Below, one piece after another: positions 19,436 to 27,267 of a stretch of 64,000 bases of DNA (positions are counted from its first letter, which is position 1; each line of letters opens with the position of its first letter). The DNA lies in the NCBI GenBank assembly GCA_018646865.1, contig JABGTW010000031.1, forward strand, positions 2,106 to 66,105, read 5' to 3'. This DNA is from Cryomorphaceae bacterium (lineage in GTDB: Bacteria > Bacteroidota > Bacteroidia > Flavobacteriales > Flavobacteriaceae). The position numbers were made by a program, and so were the translations under genes. The notes under the pieces are model-generated. The model was not told where the DNA came from, made no database searches, and was given only the letters and a program-made list of their open reading frames with translations.

Positions 19436-20041
19436 ATGAGAGCTTTTTTTCATAATGCTAGAGTAATTATGTTTATTGCTGCAGTTTTACCGCTAGCTGT
19501 TTTTATATTTCCTATCTGGAATGTAACACTTGAGGCACCGCAATACCCAACACCCTTAGGTATAAATATTCATATAAATGATTTTTCTGATGTAAATCCA
19601 CATGATATAAAAAACATAAATCTTTTGAATCATTATATTGGAATGAAGTATATTCCAGATGCGATTCCAGAATTTAAAATTTTTCCATGGGGAATAATCT
19701 TGACATCAATTTTAGGTATTGTCATTTCTCTAAAATTTGAAAATAAATACTTTTTATACTGGTTTATTTTAATGTGCTTATTGAGTGCAGCAGGTCTGTT
19801 TGATTTCTACCTGTGGGAACATGATTATGGATATAACCTAGACTCAAAGGCTATACTTAAATTTACAAATGCAGATGGAACAGCTTTGGCATATCAACCT
19901 CCTGTGTTTGGAACAAAACAAGTATTAAATTTTACAGTTCATTCATATCCAAGATTAGGAGCATATTTTTTAGGATTTGGAATTATTCTATCACTTTACG
20001 CATTTAAACTTTCTAAAAATCTAAAATTAGATGTTAAATAA
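19436..20041 (+). CDS. nos-cluster integral membrane protein (tentatively NosB-like)
   Basis: 201 aa with about 4 TM helices. Its position directly after nosZ matches that of the clade-II-specific membrane gene. Identity is by position only. Confidence 0.55.
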   Translation: MRAFFHNARVIMFIAAVLPLAVFIFPIWNVTLEAPQYPTPLGINIHINDFSDVNPHDIKNINLLNHYIGMKYIPDAIPEFKIFPWGIILTSILGIVISLKFENKYFLYWFILMCLLSAAGLFDFYLWEHDYGYNLDSKAILKFTNADGTALAYQPPVFGTKQVLNFTVHSYPRLGAYFLGFGIILSLYAFKLSKNLKLDVK

Positions 20042-20486
20042 ACTCCATTTAATTGGTTTAATTTTTTTATTTATCTCGTGTAACTTTTCACCAGAACCTA
20101 TAAATTATGGGGTAGATGAATGTAATTATTGTAAAATGATTATAGTTGATAACGCTCATTCTTCGGAGATTTTTACAAATAAAGGTAAATCTTATAAGTT
20201 TGATTCAATAGAATGTATGGTAAATTACTTACATGAAAATCATGATACTGATTATGTTCAAAAACCTGATAAAACTTTAATATTAGTCAGTAATTTTAAT
20301 TCGCCGGGGAGTATGCTCAATGTTACAAATGCAAAATTCCTCATAAGTGAAAAAATATCAAGTCCTATGGGAGCAAATTTATCAGCTTTCACTTCAATTA
20401 AAGAAATTTTAGAAATAGACAATAATGCTCAAATATTAGACTGGAATACTCTAGTTGAGAACTTTAGAAATTTAATTCAAAATTAA
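20031..20486 (+). CDS. nosL: copper chaperone lipoprotein NosL
   Basis: 151 aa. Lipobox LFISC and the CNYCKM motif characteristic of NosL. Confidence 0.8.
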   Translation: MLNKLHLIGLIFLFISCNFSPEPINYGVDECNYCKMIIVDNAHSSEIFTNKGKSYKFDSIECMVNYLHENHDTDYVQKPDKTLILVSNFNSPGSMLNVTNAKFLISEKISSPMGANLSAFTSIKEILEIDNNAQILDWNTLVENFRNLIQN

Positions 20487-20490
20487 ATTA

Positions 20491-21744
20491 ATGGTACTTA
20501 ATGAAGTTATAATATCGAAGTCTAAATTATTATTTCTAATACTTTTATGGAGCTGTTTTATCAACTCGCAAACTATTGATGTTTGTAAGACTTGTAATTT
20601 CAAAACAATTAAGAAAGCAATTAAGTTTTCAAGTATAAATGATACAATATTTATACAAAAAGGAACATATAAAGAGTCTGATATTGAAATTAATAAACCA
20701 CTAATTATTATTGGAAATGACCGTCCAATAATAGATGGTGAATATGAAGGAGAGATTTTTAATATAAAATCAGACGATGTTATAATTAAAGGACTTAAAA
20801 TAGTCAATGTTGGTAAAAGCTACATAAAAGATTATGCTGCAATCAGAGTAATAAAAGCTAAAAACTTTAATATTTCTGATAATATTTTTGATAATCTTTT
20901 TTTTGGAATTTATATTGAAAAATCAAGTCATGGAGTCATTTATAATAATAAAATTTATGGTAATTCAAAAGAAGAGTATAGTTCAGGAAATGGAATACAA
21001 TTGTGGTACTCAAACGACATCTTGGTTTCAAATAATTATGTTACTGGAGTAAGAGATGGAATTTATCTTGAGTTTTCAGATAACTGTAAGATTATTTCAA
21101 ATACTAGTCATAATAATTTAAGGTATGGATTACACTTTATGTTTTCAGATAATGACATATATGAGAAAAATAGTTTCGTGGATAATGGAGCGGGTGTTGC
21201 TGTTATGTTTTCAAAACAAATTAACATGAATGATAATTTATTTAAAGATAATTGGGGTACAGCATCTTATGGTTTACTGCTTAAAGAAATAAATGATTCA
21301 AATATCACAAATAATATTTTTGATAAAAATACTACAGCAGTAAATATAGAGGGATCCAATAGATTAATTTTTAAGCATAATAACTTCACTAATAATGGTT
21401 GGGCAATTAAGGTAAGAGGTGCGTGTTACGCTAATAATTTTACTTATAATAATTTTATTTTTAATTCGTTTGATCTTTCTTATAATAGTTCAGTTAACGA
21501 TAATATTTTTGAAAATAATTATTGGAGTAGCTATAATGGATATGACCTAGATAATGATGGATATGGAGATGTTCCATACAGACCAGTCAAATTATTTACT
21601 TATATAGTTAATACTGTACCCGAAACTGTAGTTCTTCTAAGAGGTTTATTTGTACATATAATTAATTTTTCCGAAAAAGTTTCTCCTGTGTTTACTCCAA
21701 AAAAATTACTAGATCAAAATCCTCTAATGAATATTATAAGATGA
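20491..21744 (+). CDS. nosD: periplasmic beta-helix protein NosD
   Basis: 417 aa with a signal peptide. Many parallel beta-helix repeats (NNxIxGN-type). Overlaps nosF. Confidence 0.9.
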   Translation: MVLNEVIISKSKLLFLILLWSCFINSQTIDVCKTCNFKTIKKAIKFSSINDTIFIQKGTYKESDIEINKPLIIIGNDRPIIDGEYEGEIFNIKSDDVIIKGLKIVNVGKSYIKDYAAIRVIKAKNFNISDNIFDNLFFGIYIEKSSHGVIYNNKIYGNSKEEYSSGNGIQLWYSNDILVSNNYVTGVRDGIYLEFSDNCKIISNTSHNNLRYGLHFMFSDNDIYEKNSFVDNGAGVAVMFSKQINMNDNLFKDNWGTASYGLLLKEINDSNITNNIFDKNTTAVNIEGSNRLIFKHNNFTNNGWAIKVRGACYANNFTYNNFIFNSFDLSYNSSVNDNIFENNYWSSYNGYDLDNDGYGDVPYRPVKLFTYIVNTVPETVVLLRGLFVHIINFSEKVSPVFTPKKLLDQNPLMNIIR

Positions 21745-22475
21745 TACGTATAGAAAACTTACATAAAAATTTTAAGGAAAACATAGTCCTAAATGATATA
21801 GATTTAAAAGTTAAACCTAATAATGTTACTACAATAGTTGGACCTAATGGATCAGGTAAAACAACAATCATTAAATGTATTCTGGGAATGCTAATCCCTA
21901 AAAGAGGGAAAATTTATATAGATAATATAAATATTTCCAAGTCTCACACATATAGAAACTATATTACTTATTTACCTCAAGTTGAAAGCTTTCCTCCAAA
22001 TCTAAAGGTTCATGAACTTCTTGACATGATAAAAAATTTAAGAAATAATGACATTAGTTATCTTTCATTAGTCAATCATTTTAATTTAAAACAATATTTA
22101 CAACATAGAACTTCAACTTTATCTAAAGGAACTAGACAAAAAATCAATCTAGTAATTACTTTTATGTTTGATTGCCCAATTATTATTTTAGACGAGCCTA
22201 CTGCTGGTCTTGATCCAATTTCAGTAATTAAATTAAAAGAACTAATAGATATTGAAAAGAAAAAAGGTAAAACAATTCTTATTACATCGCATATCATGAG
22301 TTTTATTGATGAGGTTTCTAGTGAGATAATTTTGCTATCTGAGGGTCAGATTTTTTATAATGGATCAATTAAAAAATTGAAAAAAAATATTGTAAAGAAC
22401 AGGAATAATAAAAAATCTTATTTAACTGATTTAGAATATGCATTAACAAAAATAATTGATGAAAAAAATGTTTAA
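21741..22475 (+). CDS. nosF: ABC transporter ATP-binding protein NosF
   Basis: 244 aa. Walker A GPNGSGKTT, signature LSKGTRQK, Walker B IIILDEP. Confidence 0.85.
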   Translation: MIRIENLHKNFKENIVLNDIDLKVKPNNVTTIVGPNGSGKTTIIKCILGMLIPKRGKIYIDNINISKSHTYRNYITYLPQVESFPPNLKVHELLDMIKNLRNNDISYLSLVNHFNLKQYLQHRTSTLSKGTRQKINLVITFMFDCPIIILDEPTAGLDPISVIKLKELIDIEKKKGKTILITSHIMSFIDEVSSEIILLSEGQIFYNGSIKKLKKNIVKNRNNKKSYLTDLEYALTKIIDEKNV

Positions 22476-23250
22476 AATTCTAAAATATTGTTTATCTGAT
22501 TTGATGAGAAGTCATTGGATACTTTTTTATTTTTTGTTTTATCTTCTTATTGGATTTGGATTATTACTCATAAATACAAGTTTTTCAAATACAATTATTA
22601 CTTTATTAAATATTATAATTGTTTTATCTCCTTTAATTTCATCTGTATTTGGCATAACATATTTTTATAATTCTAAAAACTTCACTCAACTATTATTAGC
22701 TCAACCAATTGATAGAAAAAAGATTTTTATTGCACAATACCTGGGAGTATCATTTTCTTTATCATTGAGTTTGATTTTAGGTTTATCAATCCCTTTTATC
22801 CTTTTCGGTATTTTAAGTTCACAAAATTTATATGAGTTTATATTATTACTGGGAATATCTTCAGTTTTGACATTTATATTCTCTTGTATATCATTCTACA
22901 TAGGTATTTTAAACAACAATAAACTAAGGGGGTTTGGATTAACTGTTGTTGTATGGCTAATTATGGCAGTTGTTTATGATGGATTAATAATGATTTTGTT
23001 AATGATATTTAGAGAATATCCCTTAACGAATCCTTCATTAATTGCTATGCTACTTAACCCAATAGATTTAGCAAGAACAGTATTGATAATTAATCTAGAT
23101 TTATCTGCACTTTTGGGATATACAGGAGCAAGTTTTAAATTATTTTTTGGAACATTTTATGGAATTATTATTTGCACAATATCCCTTTTAATTTGGTTAT
23201 TCATCCCTTTGACACTTTTAATTAGAAGAATTGAGAATAAAGATTTCTAA
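22456..23250 (+). CDS. nosY: ABC-2 type permease NosY
   Basis: 264 aa with about 6 TM helices. Overlaps nosF by 20 nt. Confidence 0.8.
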   Translation: MMKKMFKILKYCLSDLMRSHWILFYFLFYLLIGFGLLLINTSFSNTIITLLNIIIVLSPLISSVFGITYFYNSKNFTQLLLAQPIDRKKIFIAQYLGVSFSLSLSLILGLSIPFILFGILSSQNLYEFILLLGISSVLTFIFSCISFYIGILNNNKLRGFGLTVVVWLIMAVVYDGLIMILLMIFREYPLTNPSLIAMLLNPIDLARTVLIINLDLSALLGYTGASFKLFFGTFYGIIICTISLLIWLFIPLTLLIRRIENKDF

Positions 23251-23534
23251 ATGGCAAGATTTAATATAATTACAATAATATTATAAACTAGGCTAGTTAT
23301 AATTAAATTGAAAATTATTTTATAAGATTGAACTGATAATACAGCAGCATTATAAATACTACATATAAATACTGCAATTCCTATTTGAATCCAATTAATT
23401 AAATTATATCCATTCATCATTATCACCATAACAGCAATTGATCCCACTAGAGTTGAAATCACAATACCTATAGAAGAATTAAATCTATAATTATCTCTGA
23501 AAGCTAACTTGACACTATTATATTTATTAATCAT
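23247..23534 (-). CDS. small 3-TM membrane protein (unknown function)
   Basis: 95 aa from the ATG at 23534 (a GTG lies at 23537). Three hydrophobic helices. Its 3' end overlaps the nosY stop by 4 nt. Its start overlaps the stop of the upstream Cys-rich small ORF. Confidence 0.55.
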   Translation of the reverse strand: MINKYNSVKLAFRDNYRFNSSIGIVISTLVGSIAVMVIMMNGYNLINWIQIGIAVFICSIYNAAVLSVQSYKIIFNLIITSLVYNIIVIILNLAI

Positions 23535-23646
23535 CACAATTTTTATTATTATGTTTTTTAACTGAAGAACATGTTTTGTGTTTCTTATCTAAAGATTTGT
23601 CTTTGCATTTTTTGCCTGAAGAACAGGACTTACATTTCTTATTCAT
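23527..23646 (-). CDS. candidate 39-aa Cys/Lys-rich small protein (not in the ORF track)
   Basis: My translation is MNKKCKSCSSGKKCKDKSLDKKHKTCSSVKKHNNKNCDD*. It has 5 Cys and 13 Lys, with an internal repeat K[ST]CSS[GV]KK. It overlaps the downstream ATG by 8 nt. It is preceded by a promoter module shared with the nos operon. Confidence 0.4.
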   Translation of the reverse strand: MNKKCKSCSSGKKCKDKSLDKKHKTCSSVKKHNNKNCDD

Positions 23647-23667
23647 TTTTATTGACTTTATAATGAA

Positions 23668-23675
23668 TAAAATTA
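23668..23675 (-). promoter_or_regulatory. -7-like promoter box TAATTTTA (minus strand)
   Basis: Differs from the nos -7 box TAATTTTG only at the last base. It has the same 18-nt spacer after the operator module, and lies 21 nt upstream of the small-ORF ATG. Confidence 0.4.
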
Positions 23676-23697
23676 TGCTTAAAGACTAAGATGAAAG

Positions 23698-23711
23698 ATG
23701 ATAATAATCAT
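23698..23711. promoter_or_regulatory. second FNR/CRP-type operator ATGAT-N4-ATCAT
   Basis: ATGATAATAATCAT, sitting inside the 16-bp palindrome GATGATAATAATCATC. On the minus strand the 18-mer ATGATTATTATCATCTTT is 17/18 identical to the nos promoter copy. Confidence 0.5.
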
Positions 23712-23748
23712 CATATCTTAAAAAAAGGTATATTAAAAAAAACAAGTT

Positions 23749-24051
23749 ATGAGAATTATATATTTTATATTATGCGTTTTAGGAATTGCGTTACCTTATT
23801 ACAATTTGATCAATTTTCTTAAAGTTAATAATTGGTCAATGGATGGTTTTTTCAGTCTTTTATATGAAAATTATGCTGTATCAATGTTGTCAATGGATTT
23901 AACTGTAGCTGCTAGCTCTTTTTTAATTTTCTTAATTTATAAAAACAGAAAATCTCCTTTGAAAATTTTTAGATATTTAGTTCCAATGTTTTTAGTAGGA
24001 TTTTCTTTAGCATTGCCTTTATATCTTTATGACAATCATGATTCTAACTAG
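23749..24051 (+). CDS. DUF2834-like small membrane protein
   Basis: 100 aa with 3 TM helices. The pattern LPYYNLINFL...SLALPLYLY resembles DUF2834 family members as I remember them. Confidence 0.5.
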   Translation: MRIIYFILCVLGIALPYYNLINFLKVNNWSMDGFFSLLYENYAVSMLSMDLTVAASSFLIFLIYKNRKSPLKIFRYLVPMFLVGFSLALPLYLYDNHDSN

Positions 24052-24232
24052 ATAGTTTTCTTGTATTTATCATTACACATACTCCTGCATTAACAAAAAT
24101 TAGTGATAAAGTTCCTATCAAGAAAAAATCTAAACCTTGAGACTTTCTAATTATTGCTTCTCCTAACAAACATAATCCTGAACTAAAAGTTAATATTCCT
24201 AAAGTTCCTATAATTGTATACTTATTAATCAT
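24044..24232 (-). CDS. small 2-TM membrane protein (hypothetical)
   Basis: 62 aa with two hydrophobic helices. Its 3' end overlaps the convergent gene by 8 nt. Confidence 0.4.
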   Translation of the reverse strand: MINKYTIIGTLGILTFSSGLCLLGEAIIRKSQGLDFFLIGTLSLIFVNAGVCVMINTRKLSS

Positions 24233-24273
24233 CTTTTATTACATTTAATTCTAAATTTAATAAATTCAATCTT

Positions 24274-25533
24274 ATGACAAGTGAAGTATGGTTTGTAGTA
24301 ATTATATGCCTTGTAATTTTTAATTTTCTATTCTCAAATATTTTAGGTTATCTGAATCATAAAAACTGGAAAGATGAAATTCCATTAGAATTAAAGAATT
24401 TCTATGACATAGAAAAATATAAAAAAGCAAAGCTATATGCAATAAGTAAAAATAAAATTGGATTACTTTCTTCTACCACAAGTTTTTTATTTGTTAGTTC
24501 ACTTTTAGTTTTTGATGGTTATGGCTTTCTTGATCAATTAGTTAATTCTGATAGTTTGAATTTATTTTTACCTTTTGAAATTAATTCAAATTTTGCTAAA
24601 TCAGGAATGTTTTTTCTAATTCTATTTGTTTTAAATTCTTTAATATCAATCCCCTTTTCATATTATAACACTTTTGTTATTGAGGAAAAATATGGATTTA
24701 ACAAGACTTCTAAAGCTACATTCTTTCTTGATATAGTTAAATCTTCAATACTGTCAATTTTAATTGGCGGAATTCTTCTGTTAGCCGCGCTATACATATA
24801 TGATAATATCAATGATGGATTTTGGCTATGGTTATGGATAGGGCTTTCATCACTAATGATTGTCTTAAATATGTTCTACGCAGATTTAATTGTACCAATT
24901 TTTAATAAACTAACTCCTTTAAATGATGGTGAATTAAGACAAAAAATTGAAAAGTATTCAAAAAAAGTTGGGTATCTCTTAAAGAATATATATGTAATAG
25001 ATGGATCAAAAAGATCAACAAAAGCAAATGCTTTCTTTAGTGGTTTAGGCCCTAGAAAAACAATTGCACTTTATGATACTTTAATTGAAAAGCATACAGA
25101 AAATGAATTAGTAGCTGTTTTGGCTCATGAGGTTGGGCATTTTAAGAAAAAACATATCTTTTCAGGTTTAATAATGTCAGTTATTCAAATAGGGGTAATG
25201 ACTTTTTTCTTTGAATTATGTTTGAAACTACCAGAAATTTCAATGGCATTAGGAGGATCAGATAGTAGTTTTCACCTTGGTTTAATTGGGTTTACTATAA
25301 TTTTCTCACCAATATCAATGATTTCCAGCATATGGATGAATTTTATAAGTAGAAAAAATGAATTTGAAGCGGACGCTTATGCTAAAGAAACATTTAATGG
25401 AGAGGATTTATCATTGGCATTAAAAAAATTATCAGTAGACAGTTTATCAAATATTTACCCACACCCATTATATGTATTTTTTCACTATTCTCATCCTCCA
25501 TTAATTGAGAGGTTAAGAGCTTTAAATAAATAA
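24274..25533 (+). CDS. M48 family metallopeptidase (Ste24/CAAX protease-like)
   Basis: 419 aa, multi-TM. Zinc motif AHEVGHFKKKH and a downstream EFEAD. Confidence 0.85.
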   Translation: MTSEVWFVVIICLVIFNFLFSNILGYLNHKNWKDEIPLELKNFYDIEKYKKAKLYAISKNKIGLLSSTTSFLFVSSLLVFDGYGFLDQLVNSDSLNLFLPFEINSNFAKSGMFFLILFVLNSLISIPFSYYNTFVIEEKYGFNKTSKATFFLDIVKSSILSILIGGILLLAALYIYDNINDGFWLWLWIGLSSLMIVLNMFYADLIVPIFNKLTPLNDGELRQKIEKYSKKVGYLLKNIYVIDGSKRSTKANAFFSGLGPRKTIALYDTLIEKHTENELVAVLAHEVGHFKKKHIFSGLIMSVIQIGVMTFFFELCLKLPEISMALGGSDSSFHLGLIGFTIIFSPISMISSIWMNFISRKNEFEADAYAKETFNGEDLSLALKKLSVDSLSNIYPHPLYVFFHYSHPPLIERLRALNK

Positions 25534-25534
25534 T

Positions 25535-26491
25535 ATGAAAAGACGAAATTTTATTTTTGATATATTTAGTATTGGATTAATGTCTTCCTTAACAACAAGA
25601 CTTAAAGCAAAAACTTTTAATATTACCCCTATGGTAAGATCTATTTCAACTTGGAAAACCACTGAAGCTAATCTTAAGGCTGGAGTAATGCTTGATCAAG
25701 GAATTGATGGGTTAACTGCCGCTGTTGCAGGTGTTGCAATTGAAGAAGAAAACCCTAAAAATACTACTGTTGGATTTGGTGGTGCTCCAGATAGAACAGG
25801 TAGTGTAACTCTTGATGCATGTGTTATGAATCATCTTGGAGACTGCGGCTCAGTAGTTGCTGTAGAAAATATTGTCAATGTTGCTAAACTTGCTAGAGAT
25901 GTGATGGAAAAAACACCACACGTTATGTTGGCTGGAAAAGGAGCAGAGGAATTTGGTGTTTCTGAAGGTTATGAAAAAATTAATCTTCTAACTGAAGCTT
26001 CCAAAAATGAATGGAAAAAGTGGCTAGAAAACGAGGAATACAAACCATTAATTAATATTGAAAATCATGATACAATAGGCATGTTATGTCTTGATAAAGA
26101 TAATAATATGTCAGGAGCATGCACGACAAGCGGGCTTGCATATAAGATGAAAGGTAGAGTAGGCGACTCTCCAATTATTGGTTCTGGTTTATTTATTGAT
26201 AATAAGATTGGTGGTGCAGTTGCAACTGGTTTAGGAGAGGAAGTTGTAAAAACAGTTGGATCATTCCTAGTTGTTGAATTAATGAGACAGGGTATGTCCC
26301 CACAGGAAGCTTGTGAAAATGCCGTTAATAGAATTGTTTCCTCAAATTCTCAGAAAAATAAATTTCAAGTTGCATATATCGCTATGAATAAAAATGGAGA
26401 GGTAGGATCTTTCAGCATCGAACCAGGCTTTACTTATATGGATTATGTTAATGGAAAAAACGAAGAAATTAAAACAGGATCAGCTCTGTAA
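25535..26491 (+). CDS. N4-(beta-N-acetylglucosaminyl)-L-asparaginase (glycosylasparaginase, Ntn hydrolase)
   Basis: 318 aa. HDTIGM autoprocessing site with Thr nucleophile, and GDSPIIGSG. Confidence 0.85.
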   Translation: MKRRNFIFDIFSIGLMSSLTTRLKAKTFNITPMVRSISTWKTTEANLKAGVMLDQGIDGLTAAVAGVAIEEENPKNTTVGFGGAPDRTGSVTLDACVMNHLGDCGSVVAVENIVNVAKLARDVMEKTPHVMLAGKGAEEFGVSEGYEKINLLTEASKNEWKKWLENEEYKPLINIENHDTIGMLCLDKDNNMSGACTTSGLAYKMKGRVGDSPIIGSGLFIDNKIGGAVATGLGEEVVKTVGSFLVVELMRQGMSPQEACENAVNRIVSSNSQKNKFQVAYIAMNKNGEVGSFSIEPGFTYMDYVNGKNEEIKTGSAL

Positions 26492-26492
26492 C

Positions 26493-27266
26493 TTATGAGA
26501 AAATAGATTTCATTTTATCCATTTCTTCCTCTGCTAATTTTGGATCAACAAGGATTCTACCACTGTATTCATCTGTAATAATTTTCTGTCTAGAAGCAAT
26601 TTCCATTTGAACTTGCGGAGGTATTGTAAAATAAGAACCACCTGAGGCATTTCTTTCAATAGGAACAACAGCAAGACCATTTCTAACATTAGATCTAATT
26701 CTTTTATAGGCATCTATTAATTTGTCTTCAATCTTTTTTTCAAATTCCTTAGACTTACTTAATAGAGTTTTTTCTTCTTTATCAGTTTCTTTAAGAATTT
26801 CTCCTAGTTCAGAGTTTTTTGCTTTAAGATGTGATTTTCTATCTTTAATTTTATTTTTCTGCTCGTCAAGAACAACTGTTTTGTTTTCAATTATCTCCTT
26901 ATACTGAGATATTTTTTTTTCAGAAAGTTTTATTTCTAATTCCTGAAACTCTTGTTCTTTAACAATAGCATTATACTCTCTGTTGTTTCTAACCTTCTTT
27001 AAATCACCTTCATATTTTTTATGATTTTCTTTAGAGGTAGAAATTGAGTTTTCTTCAAATTTGATTCCATCTTCACTTTCTTTAATTTCATTCTCAAAAC
27101 TCTCAAGTCTTTTATTTAATCCCTCTATTTCATTTTCAAGATCTTCAACTTCTAGAGGAAGTTCACCTCTTATACTTCTAATTTGATCGATTCTTGAATC
27201 AATTAACTGAAGATCAAAGAGAGCTCTTAGTTTTTCTTCAACTGATATTTCAACTTTTTTTGCCAT
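26493..27266 (-). CDS. COG1579/DUF164-type coiled-coil protein with a degenerate (Cys-less) zinc-ribbon tail
   Basis: 257 aa. Long coiled coil. It is the conserved neighbour of Nif3. The C-terminal ...NASGGSYFTIP...DEYSGRILV aligns to the usual CxxC...CxxCGRIL ribbon, but all Cys are replaced. Confidence 0.7.
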   Translation of the reverse strand: MAKKVEISVEEKLRALFDLQLIDSRIDQIRSIRGELPLEVEDLENEIEGLNKRLESFENEIKESEDGIKFEENSISTSKENHKKYEGDLKKVRNNREYNAIVKEQEFQELEIKLSEKKISQYKEIIENKTVVLDEQKNKIKDRKSHLKAKNSELGEILKETDKEEKTLLSKSKEFEKKIEDKLIDAYKRIRSNVRNGLAVVPIERNASGGSYFTIPPQVQMEIASRQKIITDEYSGRILVDPKLAEEEMDKMKSIFS

Positions 27267-27267
27267 T

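Noticed and set aside
6836-22297. Short internal or antisense ORFs from the track (6836-7054, 15294-15509, 15870-16070, 17852-18073, 20472-20807, 22076-22297)
   Set aside because: Each is nested within or antisense to a confidently assigned gene. They have low-complexity, AT-codon-driven composition and no independent start context.
14972-23250. The nos cluster as a horizontally acquired island
   Set aside because: I see no GC or codon-style break, no flanking tRNA, integrase, transposase or direct repeats. Gene packing is the same as in the flanks. Acquisition cannot be excluded, but nothing in the sequence supports a recent event.
23534-24232. Two minus-strand small membrane proteins both begin MINKY
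   Set aside because: Ile/Asn/Lys/Tyr are the cheapest AT-rich codons in this genome, and the similarity does not extend beyond residue 5. This is probably coincidence, not paralogy.
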